From contig CAWBMV010000014.1 of NCBI GenBank assembly GCA_963789955.1, positions 1-64,000 of the forward strand: 64,000 bases of DNA, in the 5' to 3' direction. Of the stretch, positions 29,612 to 38,831 are shown piece by piece; position 1 is the first letter of the stretch, and each line of letters begins with the position of its first letter. The notes under the pieces are model-generated. The model saw only the letters and a program-made list of their open reading frames with translations. It was not told the origin of the DNA and did no database searches. Source of the stretch: an uncultured Candidatus Rokubacteria bacterium (GTDB lineage: Bacteria > Methylomirabilota > Methylomirabilia > Rokubacteriales > CSP1-6). Position numbers and translations under genes: made by a program.

Positions 29612-31319
29612 CTACCTCCCCGCGGCGAGAGGGCCCCGGAGGACGCGGCCGGGATGGGCGCCGGTGTGCTCGCCGTCGCGCAGCACCACCTGGCCGTTCA
29701 CGATCGAGGCGCGGAAGCCGGTGGCCTTCTGGCGCAGGCGCCGCGCGCCGGCGGGCAGGTCGTTCACCACCTCGGGCATGTCCGGCGCCACGCGGTCGGG
29801 ATCGAAGACGATCACGTCGGCGGCCAAGCCCTCGCGCAGCAGCCCGCGCTCGTGGAGGCCCCAGGCCGACGCCGGCTCGAAGGTCAGCATCCGCACGCCC
29901 TCCTCGAGGGTGAGCGCCTGGCGGCGGCGCACCCAGTAGGCGAGCACGTGCGTCTGCAGCGACGAGTCCATGATCTGGGAGACGTGGGCGCCGGAGTCGG
30001 AGAACGTCACCACCGAGCGCGGGTGCTGCATCATCTCCAGCACGTCGTCGAGGTTCTCGTTGAAGAGCGGCTGGACGAAGAACGCCCTGAGATCGCGCTC
30101 CAGCGCGAGCTGGATCAGCGCCTCCACGGGATCGACGCCACGCTGCGCGCGCGATCTCGGCGATCGACCGGTGCGGCCCGCACGGATCCTCCATCAGCAT
30201 GATCCAGTCGTAGTCCGGCTTCCGGGCCTCGGCGCCGACGCCGCGGCCATACTCGGCCTCGGCGGCCGCCTTCACGAGCCGCCGGCGCACCTCGGGGTCG
30301 CGCAGGAGCGCGCGCTGCTCGTCGAGCGGGCGCTCCCGCAGCTCGCGCCACTCGGGCAGGCGATCGAAGGGCAGCCGGGTCTCGAACGAGAGCACGACGG
30401 AGAGGGCGCGGCTGTGCACCTGGGCGAACATGCGCCCGCCGGCCCGCGCGGTCTCGTCGAGCGTCGCGAAGTACGCGCGCCAGACGTCCGGCACCAAGCG
30501 CGAGCTGAACATCCCCCACGTGACCGGCACGCCGGTCTCCACCGCGAGGTCGCGCAGCCGGCCGAGGTAGTCGCGCTGGCGATCGAGGTCGCGGCCGGTG
30601 TCCTCGCCGGCGATCTCGAAGATGCCGGCGCCGAGGTCGCCCATCACCCGCACCAGCTCGCGCACCTCGTTCCACTCGGCGACGCGGCTGGCGACGGGCC
30701 GGCGGTCGGCCGTCTCGTGGTTGCGCGTGCGCGACGTCGTGAAGCCCATCGCGCCCGCGGCCAGCGCGTCGGCCAGCTCGCGCTTCATCACCGCCAGGTC
30801 CTCGGCGGTGGCCGGCTCGGAGAAGGCGCGCTCGCCCATGGCGTAGGTGCGCAGCGCCGAGTGGCCGACGTAGCCCGCGTAGTTGATGCCCTTCGGCCAG
30901 CGCGCGACGGCGTCGAGGTACTGCGCGTACGTCTCCCACGTCCACTCGATGCCCGCCTGCATGGCCTCGGCGGGGATGTCCTCGGCGCGCTCGAGGTTGC
31001 GCACGACCAGGTGCTTCTCGCCGGGCCGGCAGGGCGCCAGGGTGAAGCCGCAGTTGCCCATGACGACGCTGGTCACGCCGTGCCAGCACGAGCACGTGCC
31101 GAGCGGATCCCAGGCCACCTGCGCGTCCATGTGGGTGTGGCCGTCGATGAAGCCGGGCGCGACGACCCGATGGCGCGCGTCGATCTCCTCGCGGCCGCGC
31201 TCGTGGATGGTGCCGATGCGCGCGATGCGATCGCCACGGACGCCGACGTCGGCGCGGTAGCGCGGGAGCCCAGAGCCGTCGACCACGGTGCCGCCGCGGA
31301 TCACGAGGTCGTACGTCAT
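29612..31319 (-). CDS. N-acyl-D-amino-acid deacylase family amidohydrolase (frameshift near 30147)
   Basis: DLVIRGGTVVDG.G, PGFIDGHTHMD, GVTSVVMGNCG; C-terminal SDSGAHV...ADVIVFDP in next frame. Confidence 0.9.
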
Positions 31320-31330
31320 GTCTGGCTCTC

Positions 31331-32473
31331 CTACGCGGGTGCGAAGATGCCTTGCGTCGCCGACGGCGTGTCGGGGCCGACGGGGCTCTCGGTGCGCGCG
31401 AACGCCGAGTCGCGCTGCAGCACGGGCACCACGCGATCCGCGAAGAGGCGCATGTTGAGCTCGGCCTCCTCGTGCGGCATACCGCCGAAGCCGAACTCGG
31501 TGACGAGATGGTCGACGCCGGTGAGCCGTCGCAGCTCGGCGACCTGCTGGATGCAGTCGTCGGGCGTCCCCGTCACCTGAATCTTCACGTAGAACTCCGT
31601 CGCCTTCTTGCGGTAGCTCTCGTCCTTCATCTTCGAGTACGTCTTCGCCATCCCGCCGTAGAACTCGTAGCCCTTCACGCTCGCGAGGTGGCCGTCCGAG
31701 AAGTGGTAGTGCGTGTCGATCGAGTCCCACTTCCGCGCCAGGTAGCGCTCGGCGCGCTCCTGCGCCTCCGCGCGGCTCGATGCCACCGACACGTTGGTGA
31801 GGATGACCGGCGGACGCGGCGCGTGACCGACGCTCAGCGAGAGCTCCTGGTAGCGCTGGATGTCCTGGGCGGCCTTCGGCCACTCGTTCTGCATGATGAC
31901 GAGGATGCCGAAGCCGAGCTTGGCCATGATCTCCGCGGACTCCGGGCTCACCGACGACGCGTAGAAGCGGCGCTCGGGGTGCGAGATCGGGCGCGGACGG
32001 ATCGACGTGCGCGGGATCTTGAAGAACTCGCCCTCCCACTCGAACGAGTCGTTGGTGAGCGCGGTGACGATGATCTTCGCGGCCTCCACGAAGCGCGGTC
32101 GCGCCTCCTCCATCGGGATGCGGAAGCCGGCGTATTCGACGCTCGCGGCGCCGCGCCCGAAGCCGAACAGACAGCGGCCACCCGACATCACGTCGAGCAG
32201 CGCGATCTGCTCGGCCACACGGATCGGATCGTGCCAGGGCAGCACGATGACGGCGGTGCCCAGGGTGATGCGCTTCGTGCGTCCGGCGTAGTAGCTGAGC
32301 AGCTGCGTCGGCGAGGGAGACATGGCATAGCCGGTGAAGTGGTGCTCGAGGGCGAAGAGTGAATCGAAGCCCAGCGGCTCGGCGAGATCGCCGAGCGCCA
32401 TGTGCTCGGCGAACACGGCCGCGTCCGACAACCCGGGCTTCTGGAGCATGTTGAGGGCGACGCCGACCTTCAC
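31331..32473 (-). CDS. LLM-class flavin-dependent oxidoreductase
   Basis: LEHHFTGY, VLPWHDPIRVAEQIALLD..S.GR...GFGRG; GTG start overlapping upstream TGA. Confidence 0.9.
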   Translation of the reverse strand: MKVGVALNMLQKPGLSDAAVFAEHMALGDLAEPLGFDSLFALEHHFTGYAMSPSPTQLLSYYAGRTKRITLGTAVIVLPWHDPIRVAEQIALLDVMSGGRCLFGFGRGAASVEYAGFRIPMEEARPRFVEAAKIIVTALTNDSFEWEGEFFKIPRTSIRPRPISHPERRFYASSVSPESAEIMAKLGFGILVIMQNEWPKAAQDIQRYQELSLSVGHAPRPPVILTNVSVASSRAEAQERAERYLARKWDSIDTHYHFSDGHLASVKGYEFYGGMAKTYSKMKDESYRKKATEFYVKIQVTGTPDDCIQQVAELRRLTGVDHLVTEFGFGGMPHEEAELNMRLFADRVVPVLQRDSAFARTESPVGPDTPSATQGIFAPA

Positions 32474-33591
32474 GATGCGCCTCCTGCCGCCGGCGCGGCG
32501 CCGAGCCCGTAGAGCTCGGCCACGTTGTCGTGGAGCACGAGGTCGCGCTCCTCCTCGGTCAGGTGCGCGGCCTGCTTCGCCAGCACCTCCTGCGAGTTCG
32601 GCCACGTGGAATCGCTGTGCGGGAAGTCGTTCGCCCACATGAGCCGGCGGACGTTGCAGAGATCCTTCACCTGGAAGGCCACCCAGTCGTCCTGGAACGT
32701 CGTGTAGACGTGCTCGCGGAAGTATTCGCTCGGCATCCGCGTGATCGCGCTCCCGGTGAGCCAGTATCGGTGCCGCTCGTACGCGTGGTCCATGCGGTAC
32801 ATGAAGTGGGGTACCCAGCCGGCGTCGGCTTCGACGCAGACGAGCTTGAGCTTGGGGTGGCGCTCGAACACGCCGCTGAAGATGAACATGCCGATGATGT
32901 CCTGGCAGCCGCGGATGATCGACATGAATGCGTTGAGCTTGGGCCCGCGTGTCTTGAACGTGTCGCTGCTGCTCGTGAGGATGTGGAACGACAGCGGCAG
33001 CTTCAGGTCGACGGCGGCCTCCCAGAACGGATCGTACATGGGTCGTCGTAGTCCGCGACCGCGGGGTTCCCCGGCATCATCACGCCGCGCAGTCCGAGCG
33101 CCTTGATGCGCTGGAGATCGCGGATTCCGTCGTCGACCGAGCGCATCGCGGTCTGGCCGATGCCGAGCAGACGATCCGGATGCGCCGACGCGTACTCGCC
33201 GATCCAGTCGTTGTAGGCCGTCGAAGCACGCGTGCTTGAAGTCGAAGTCCGGATGGTTGCACAGCATCATGCCGACGGTCGGGTACAGGATCTCCGCGGC
33301 CACGCCGTCGCGATCCTGATCGGCGAGCCGGGCGTGCGGATCCCAACCGCCGCGATGGAGATCCTCGAACCGGATGCCGAACACGGTCAGCTCCTCGGCA
33401 CGCTTCCCGGCCGCGGCCACGAGGCCCATCGGAACCGGCTTCGACAGCCCGTCGATGACGAAGAGATCGCCGCGCTGCGGATCGCGCACGACGTGCGGCG
33501 CGCGGTCGCGGAACTTCGCGTCGATCCGGTCGACGTACGTGGTCGGCGGCTCGGTGATGTGCGAATCGGCGGAGATGATCGGTTTCGCCAT
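32470..33591 (-). CDS. amidohydrolase 2 family protein (compensating frameshifts near 33220 and 33050)
   Basis: ISADSHITEPP, DGVAAEILYPT, EADAGWVP, MWANDFPHSDSTWP; garbled middle segment. Confidence 0.88.
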   Translation of the reverse strand: MAKPIISADSHITEPPTTYVDRIDAKFRDRAPHVVRDPQRGDLFVIDGLSKPVPMGLVAAAGKRAEELTVFGIRFEDLHRGGWDPHARLADQDRDGVAAEILYPTVGMMLCNHPDFDFKHACFDGLQRLDRRVRVGASGSSARHRPDRDALGRRRNPRSPAHQGARTARRDDAGEPRGRGLRRPMYDPFWEAAVDLKLPLSFHILTSSSDTFKTRGPKLNAFMSIIRGCQDIIGMFIFSGVFERHPKLKLVCVEADAGWVPHFMYRMDHAYERHRYWLTGSAITRMPSEYFREHVYTTFQDDWVAFQVKDLCNVRRLMWANDFPHSDSTWPNSQEVLAKQAAHLTEEERDLVLHDNVAELYGLGAAPAAGGAS

Positions 33592-33643
33592 GTGAACTCC
33601 CCTCGCCAACCGCGCGCCTCGAGGCCCGGCCGGAGTGTCGTTG

Positions 33644-33657
33644 ACCAATCGTTTGGT
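33644..33657. promoter_or_regulatory. operator-like inverted repeat upstream of amidohydrolase operon
   Basis: ACCAA-TCGT-TTGGT about 50 bp upstream of the 33591 start. Confidence 0.4.
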
Positions 33658-33762
33658 GGGTCCAGGACAGTAGGATACCGAGAGCCGTCTCTCAACTCAA
33701 CGGCGCAGGGGCAAAGGCATCGACTAACCCGGCGCGCTTGAGTCGAGCAGCGCCATCCAACT

Positions 33763-34221
33763 TCACTCAATACGCTTTTCGTAGCACAGGCTGACGGGGT
33801 CGTTTCGGTAGCTTCCAAACGGCGGAATACGGGTGAACCCCTCCCGTTCGTATAACCGGATGGCCGCGTGTTGATGGATGCCGGTCTCCAGACGCAGTAT
33901 CCCCACCTCGTGAGTCCTGGCGTAGGCGGCCAGGTGGTCGAGCATCAACTTGCCGTAACCCAAGCCGCGAAACTGCGGTCGCACCCACATGCGTTTGATC
34001 TCGCCATACTCCGTGCCGAACAATTTGATGCCGCCACAACCGGCCGGAGCACCGCTATCGCGGATGACGAAGAACGCGACAGCGTCGGCAATCAGCTTTT
34101 GCACGCTAAAACCATGTCGGCTCTCGCGCGGATAGAGCGGTGTCAGATGCGCGTCGAGCTCCGCGATCAACGCTGTGGCGTCGGAGCTGGCAGGATGTTC
34201 CGGCGTTATGACCGTTGCCAT
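33763..34221 (-). CDS. GNAT family N-acetyltransferase
   Basis: GEIKRMWVRPQFRGLGYG, RLETG..Q..A..LY...GF. Confidence 0.92.
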   Translation of the reverse strand: MATVITPEHPASSDATALIAELDAHLTPLYPRESRHGFSVQKLIADAVAFFVIRDSGAPAGCGGIKLFGTEYGEIKRMWVRPQFRGLGYGKLMLDHLAAYARTHEVGILRLETGIHQHAAIRLYEREGFTRIPPFGSYRNDPVSLCYEKRIE

Positions 34222-34260
34222 ATGTAGTGCCTCCGCACGACGGTACTGACGACGATCCGG

Positions 34261-35562
34261 CTATGGGACGCGGGTAGCCTGAGCAGGAGCGGCAGGCCGA
34301 CTCACCATAGCCGCGGCCGCTCGCTGACGCTCGTACCAGCGGGACATCAACTCCATCGCAAGCCACGCCGCCGAGCAGCCGACCAGGAGCGATAGCCGTC
34401 CCGTTCCCCAGCCCCATCGGTCCACGATCCAGGCGAATATTGTCGGGGAAGCGGCATTCACCACGAGCACGGGCGTGGCGATCAGGCCGAGCACGGCGCC
34501 ATACCCCTGGACGCCGAACAGCGCGAGCGGAACCGCGCCGCGGACAATCGTGATCACACCCTGCGACGCGCCCATGAGCAGTGTGAACGCGACGACCAGC
34601 GGCAGGCTGCCGGTGCCCACCAGCAGTAGGGCCAACGCGGGAGGCAGGATGCCGATCGCAATGCGGCCTACGGTGATCGCGCGCAAGTTCCGCGCGAAGG
34701 CGATCTCGACGACCCGCCCACCGAACTGCGCCACGCCCTTCAGGGAGGCGATCCAGACCGCGGCCGCGGTCGCCAAACCCGCTGCCTCCAGCAAGGGGAC
34801 GAGCTGCACCGAAATCACACCGAACACGAACCCGTTCAGCGACATGATGAGCGCGAAGAGCGCGATGGCGATCGAGCGGGCCGTGCCCTCCAGCGGAGGC
34901 CCGTCTGCCGACTCCACGGCGCCGCTCGCCCGCCCAGTGCTTCGGTCCGATTCTCGTCGCGCGAGACCTAACCAGTGCAGCGGCAAGCAGACTGCCAGGT
35001 TGATGAGTGCGAACACGACCAGAGTCTGCCGCCAGCCCAGCTGTTCGTTGAGCGCCTGGCCGACCGGCCAGAACACTGACGAGGCGAACGCTCCGAACAA
35101 CGTCAGGTAGGAAATCGCCTTCCGCCCGCGCGACGGCACGATCTGCACGAGCGCGGCAAACGCCGCGTCGTACAGGCACAACCGCATCCCGACGCCCAGG
35201 AACGCCCAGACCACCAGGTAGGCGGCTTCGTGGCGCACCTGCGACAGCGCGAAGAGACCGATGGAGACAAGCGCGGTGCCGAGCGTCATCACGGCGCGCC
35301 CGCCGTGCCGGTCGATCGCACGGCCGACTGCATTGGAGAAGACGCCCATCGCGAGCAGCGCGACGGTAAAGCCGAGGAAGACGAAACCACGGCTCCAACC
35401 GGTGTCTCGACTGATCGGCCCCGCGAGGACTCCGAGGCAGTAGTAGCTGGTCCCCCAGGCCGTGATCTGCGTGATGCCGAGCGCCACCACCGCGCCGACC
35501 ATGGGATCGCTGAAGCGCGTGAGCCAAGCGGCGCGCTGGTTCGCGCGTGGTGCGGCGCTCAT
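34261..35562 (-). CDS. MFS transporter, ArsK-like arsenical efflux
   Basis: ALGITQITAWGT.YY, LYDAAFAAL, TL.G.FAS..FWP, TIVRG..PL.LFG; position in ars operon. Confidence 0.8.
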   Translation of the reverse strand: MSAAPRANQRAAWLTRFSDPMVGAVVALGITQITAWGTSYYCLGVLAGPISRDTGWSRGFVFLGFTVALLAMGVFSNAVGRAIDRHGGRAVMTLGTALVSIGLFALSQVRHEAAYLVVWAFLGVGMRLCLYDAAFAALVQIVPSRGRKAISYLTLFGAFASSVFWPVGQALNEQLGWRQTLVVFALINLAVCLPLHWLGLARRESDRSTGRASGAVESADGPPLEGTARSIAIALFALIMSLNGFVFGVISVQLVPLLEAAGLATAAAVWIASLKGVAQFGGRVVEIAFARNLRAITVGRIAIGILPPALALLLVGTGSLPLVVAFTLLMGASQGVITIVRGAVPLALFGVQGYGAVLGLIATPVLVVNAASPTIFAWIVDRWGWGTGRLSLLVGCSAAWLAMELMSRWYERQRAAAAMVSRPAAPAQATRVP

Positions 35563-35641
35563 CGCGTATCGCCTCTACCGGCCGCTCGTACGAGCGTCGC
35601 GCTGAGGGGTGGCGCGGGTGACGCGCCGCGCCGCCCTCGCA

Positions 35642-36103
35642 CTACGACGAGCAGCTGCTGGTGCCCCCACAGCACGAGCTCGCACCGACCACCGCCAGGC
35701 TCGGCCGCTTCGCCATCACGTCTTCCTCGCCCTCGAGGTCGTAGTTGAGGTGGTACACCTCCCACTCGACGCCGTCCGGATCCTTCACCCAGAACTTGTC
35801 CTGGTTGGCGTGGCAGCAGTTGACCCCCATCTCTTCCTTTACCGGAAGGCCAGCCGCCTTGACGCGGGCGAGCTGCGACGTCACGGTCTCGACCGAGTCG
35901 ACCTGGACACCGACGTGGTCGATGGTCCCCGCCCCGATCGGGCCACCGGTAGAAAGCGCGAGGTTGACGGGCGCCCATTCGGGCAGGAACTTGACGTAGC
36001 CTTGCTTCACCTTCACCGGGTCCCCGCCCAGGAACTTTTCGTAGAAGTCGCGGCTCTTGGTGAGGTCCGACACGTGCATGTGGAGATGGACCTTTGCGCT
36101 CAT
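35642..36103 (-). CDS. arsI: ArsI/CadI family VOC metalloenzyme (C-As lyase-like)
   Basis: H.H.HV, DHVGVQV, vicinal CCHANQDKFWV.DPDG..WEVY; Cys-rich tail. Confidence 0.82.
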   Translation of the reverse strand: MSAKVHLHMHVSDLTKSRDFYEKFLGGDPVKVKQGYVKFLPEWAPVNLALSTGGPIGAGTIDHVGVQVDSVETVTSQLARVKAAGLPVKEEMGVNCCHANQDKFWVKDPDGVEWEVYHLNYDLEGEEDVMAKRPSLAVVGASSCCGGTSSCSS

Positions 36104-36111
36104 GGCTCCCC

Positions 36112-36420
36112 CTAACAGCAGGCGGTGAGCAGGCGTACCAACGCAGTCACCCGCTCCCGCTGCACCGAATAATAGATGTACCGCTCTTCCTTCCGACTCT
36201 CGACCAGGCCGGCCCGACGCAGGACGTCGAGATGATGGGACAGCGTCGGCCCTGGGATCTCGACCGCCTCCTGGATCTCGCCCACGGACATCTCCCGGCC
36301 GGCCTTCACCAGCAGGAAGAACACCTGCAAACGACTGAGATGGGCGAGCGCCTTGAACGCCTCGACGTGCGTCTCATCGGCCGACAACCGCGCCACCGGC
36401 AAGCGGGCTATCGTCTTCAT
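36112..36420 (-). CDS. arsR: ArsR/SmtB family repressor with C-terminal CC
   Basis: FKALAH.SRL.VF..LV, TLSHHL..L..AGLV, terminal ACC. Confidence 0.9.
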   Translation of the reverse strand: MKTIARLPVARLSADETHVEAFKALAHLSRLQVFFLLVKAGREMSVGEIQEAVEIPGPTLSHHLDVLRRAGLVESRKEERYIYYSVQRERVTALVRLLTACC

Positions 36421-36421
36421 A

Positions 36422-36456
36422 TTTCGAAGTATATGGAACTATCGAAAACTTGTCAA
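36422..36456 (-). promoter_or_regulatory. sigma-70 promoter with overlapping ArsR operator
   Basis: TTGACA (36456-36451), 17 nt, TATACT (36433-36428); inverted repeat TTTCGA-N14-TCGAAA. Confidence 0.85.
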
Positions 36457-36770
36457 GGGCCGCGGCGCCGGCCGTGGAGCAAAGCGCAGGCGAGCTCGCC
36501 AAGCGTCTCGAGGCCCTTTTCGATCCGCGGATGCCAGGCCGAGCCGCAGCTGAGTCGCAGACAATTCGCGTAGCGGTCGCTCGCGGAAAACACGTCGCCC
36601 GGCACGAAGCACACCCCCTCCTTCAACGCCGCCGCGAAGAGCTCGCGGCGCGCAAGAGGCTTCGGGAGCTGCAGCCACAGCACGAAGCCGCCGTCCGGCC
36701 GGCTCACTCTCGTGCCCCGCGGGAACACCCGGTCGATGTTTTCTCTGAACGTCCGTCGAACCCGGACAAC
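36453..36770 (-). pseudogene. C-terminal remnant of MocR/GabR family PLP-dependent regulator
   Basis: FP.GT.VSRP.GGFVLW..LP, PG..FS......NCLRLSCG; wHTH and most of the aminotransferase domain missing. Confidence 0.8.
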
Positions 36771-36808
36771 AACTGTTATGGTTCTACATTGAATGATCTG
36801 TAACTGTT
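36771..36808. promoter_or_regulatory. MocR-type operator (AACTGTT direct repeats)
   Basis: AACTGTT at 36771 and 36802 plus intervening CTGT, upstream of the phzF-like gene. Confidence 0.55.
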
Positions 36809-36884
36809 TCCCCGGGTGCCGCTCTGCTAGATTCCGATCGTGGCATCAACCTGGGGTCGACCTGGCCGCGAAGAGGAGCTCGCG

Positions 36885-37739
36885 ATGAATACGCTCGCCT
36901 TCCAGCAAGTGGATGTCTTCACCGCCGTGCCGTTCAAGGGCAACCCCGTCGCCGTCGTGCTCGATGGCGACGAGTTACCGAGCGCGCAGATGCAGTCGAT
37001 CGCCGCCTGGACCAACCTGTCCGAGACGACGTTCGTCTGCACGCCGACGGACCAGCGGGCCGACTACCGCCTGCGCATCTTCACGCCCAAGCGGGAGCTC
37101 CCCTTCGCCGGACATCCCACGATCGGATCGGCCCACGCCGTGCTACGCCATGGCCTCAAACCCCGGGTCGCCGGTAATCTGGTGCAGGAGTGCGCCAAGG
37201 GGCTCGTCGACATCAAGATCGACGGCGAGCGCCTGCTTCTCGCGCTGCCCGAGCCACATTTCCGCGAGCCCACCCCGCAGCAGGTCGCCGCGGTCGCCGA
37301 GGGGCTCGGCGTCATGACGGCGCAGATTCAGCGCGCGGCGATCATCGACGTCGGACCGGTGTGGTTCACCGTCCAGCTCGCGAGCGGCGACGGCGTCAGT
37401 GCGCTCGCGCCCGATATGGCCAAGCTCGCGGCGCTGAGCCCGATCGGCATGACGGGAGTCAACGTGTTCGGCCTGTATCCCCGGGGCGGAAGCGCCGACA
37501 TCGAGGTGCGCTCGTTCGCCCCGGGCGAAGGCGTTCCCGAGGATCCGGTGTGCGGGAGCGGTAACGGGTGCGTGGCGGCGCTCGTGCGCCGGGACGGCGT
37601 GTTGAAGACGCAGGCATATGTCGCCAGTCAGGGCCGGTGCCTCGGCCGTGACGGTCAGGTCACCGTCGAGTTCGACGGCACCACGATCTGGCTGGGTGGC
37701 CACGCCGTCACCTGCGTGGAAGGTGTGCTGCAACCCTGA
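36885..37739 (+). CDS. PhzF family isomerase/epimerase
   Basis: QVDVF....KGNP.AVV, NLSETTF, ELPFAGHPT.G, EDPVCGSG. Confidence 0.93.
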   Translation: MNTLAFQQVDVFTAVPFKGNPVAVVLDGDELPSAQMQSIAAWTNLSETTFVCTPTDQRADYRLRIFTPKRELPFAGHPTIGSAHAVLRHGLKPRVAGNLVQECAKGLVDIKIDGERLLLALPEPHFREPTPQQVAAVAEGLGVMTAQIQRAAIIDVGPVWFTVQLASGDGVSALAPDMAKLAALSPIGMTGVNVFGLYPRGGSADIEVRSFAPGEGVPEDPVCGSGNGCVAALVRRDGVLKTQAYVASQGRCLGRDGQVTVEFDGTTIWLGGHAVTCVEGVLQP

Positions 37740-37758
37740 TTTGCAGAGGAGTCGAGGA

Positions 37759-38829
37759 TCACGACCGCGCGATCAGATGCTCGTCGCCCACGTTCCAGCC
37801 GACCGTGACCGTCGCGCCCTCGCGGACCGCGTCGGGCTGCGCGCCCGCGATACGGACGCGCACGCTGTGACCTCCGGCGTCGCCGATGATGAGTACGCTG
37901 TCGCCGTAGTTGACGATCACGCCAATCTTGACCGCCAGGCGGTTCAGAAACGTCGCGCCGTCGCGGACCAGCTGAAGACGCTCGGGGCGCAGGAGCACGT
38001 CGGCGGGCGCGCCCGCAAGGCGCCGGCAAGCGCCCTCATCCGCCTGAATGGGCCCGAGGCCGTTGAGCTCCACGCGCCCCGGCGCGGCAGAGTCGACGCG
38101 ACCGGTGAAGAAGTTGCTGTCGCCGATGAACTCGCCCACGAATCGGGTGCGCGGGCGGTGATACACCTCGAGCGGCGGCGCCGTCTGTTCGAGCGTACCG
38201 TGGCTGAAGACCGCGATGCGATCGGACATCGTCATCGCCTCGGTCTGGTCGTGTGTCACGTACACCATCGTGATGCCGACCTCCCGGTGGATGCGCTTGA
38301 GCTCGACCTGCATCTGCTCCCGTAGGTTCTTGTCCAGGGCGCCGAGTGGCTCGTCCAGCAGGAGGACGTCAGGATTGAAGACGAGGGCGCGCGCGAGGGC
38401 GACGCGCTGCTGCTGGCCGCCCGACATCTCCCGCGGATGCTTGTCGGCGAACCGGCGCAGCCCGACCAGATCGAGGATCTCGCGAACGCGCTCCGCCTGC
38501 TGCGCGCGCGGAAACGCGCGCATGCGGAGCGGAAAGGCGACGTTGCGCTCGACCGTCATGTGGGGGAACAGGGCATAGTTCTGGAAGACGACGCCGATGT
38601 TGCGCTCGTACGGCTTGCGGCGCGTCAGATCCTCGCCGCTGAGCTCGATGGCGCCGCTGGTCGGCTCCTCGAAGCCCGCGATCATCATCAGCGTCGTTGT
38701 CTTGCCCGAGCCACTCGGGCCGAGCAAGGTGAGGAACTCGCCCTTCGCGATGTCGAGGCTGATCCCGTCGACGGCGTTGACGCGGCCGTCGTAGGACTTC
38801 ACGAGCCGGTCGAGCTTCAGGTATGCCAG
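37759..38829 (-). CDS. ABC transporter ATP-binding protein (PotA-like)
   Basis: GPSGSGKT, SGGQQQR, LLLDEPL, VTHDQ; start codon uncertain (CTG at 38829). Confidence 0.92.
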   Translation of the reverse strand: MAYLKLDRLVKSYDGRVNAVDGISLDIAKGEFLTLLGPSGSGKTTTLMMIAGFEEPTSGAIELSGEDLTRRKPYERNIGVVFQNYALFPHMTVERNVAFPLRMRAFPRAQQAERVREILDLVGLRRFADKHPREMSGGQQQRVALARALVFNPDVLLLDEPLGALDKNLREQMQVELKRIHREVGITMVYVTHDQTEAMTMSDRIAVFSHGTLEQTAPPLEVYHRPRTRFVGEFIGDSNFFTGRVDSAAPGRVELNGLGPIQADEGACRRLAGAPADVLLRPERLQLVRDGATFLNRLAVKIGVIVNYGDSVLIIGDAGGHSVRVRIAGAQPDAVREGATVTVGWNVGDEHLIARS

Positions 38830-38831
38830 TG

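Noticed and set aside
36885..37739. Phenazine biosynthesis
   Set aside because: Lone PhzF-family gene without other phz genes
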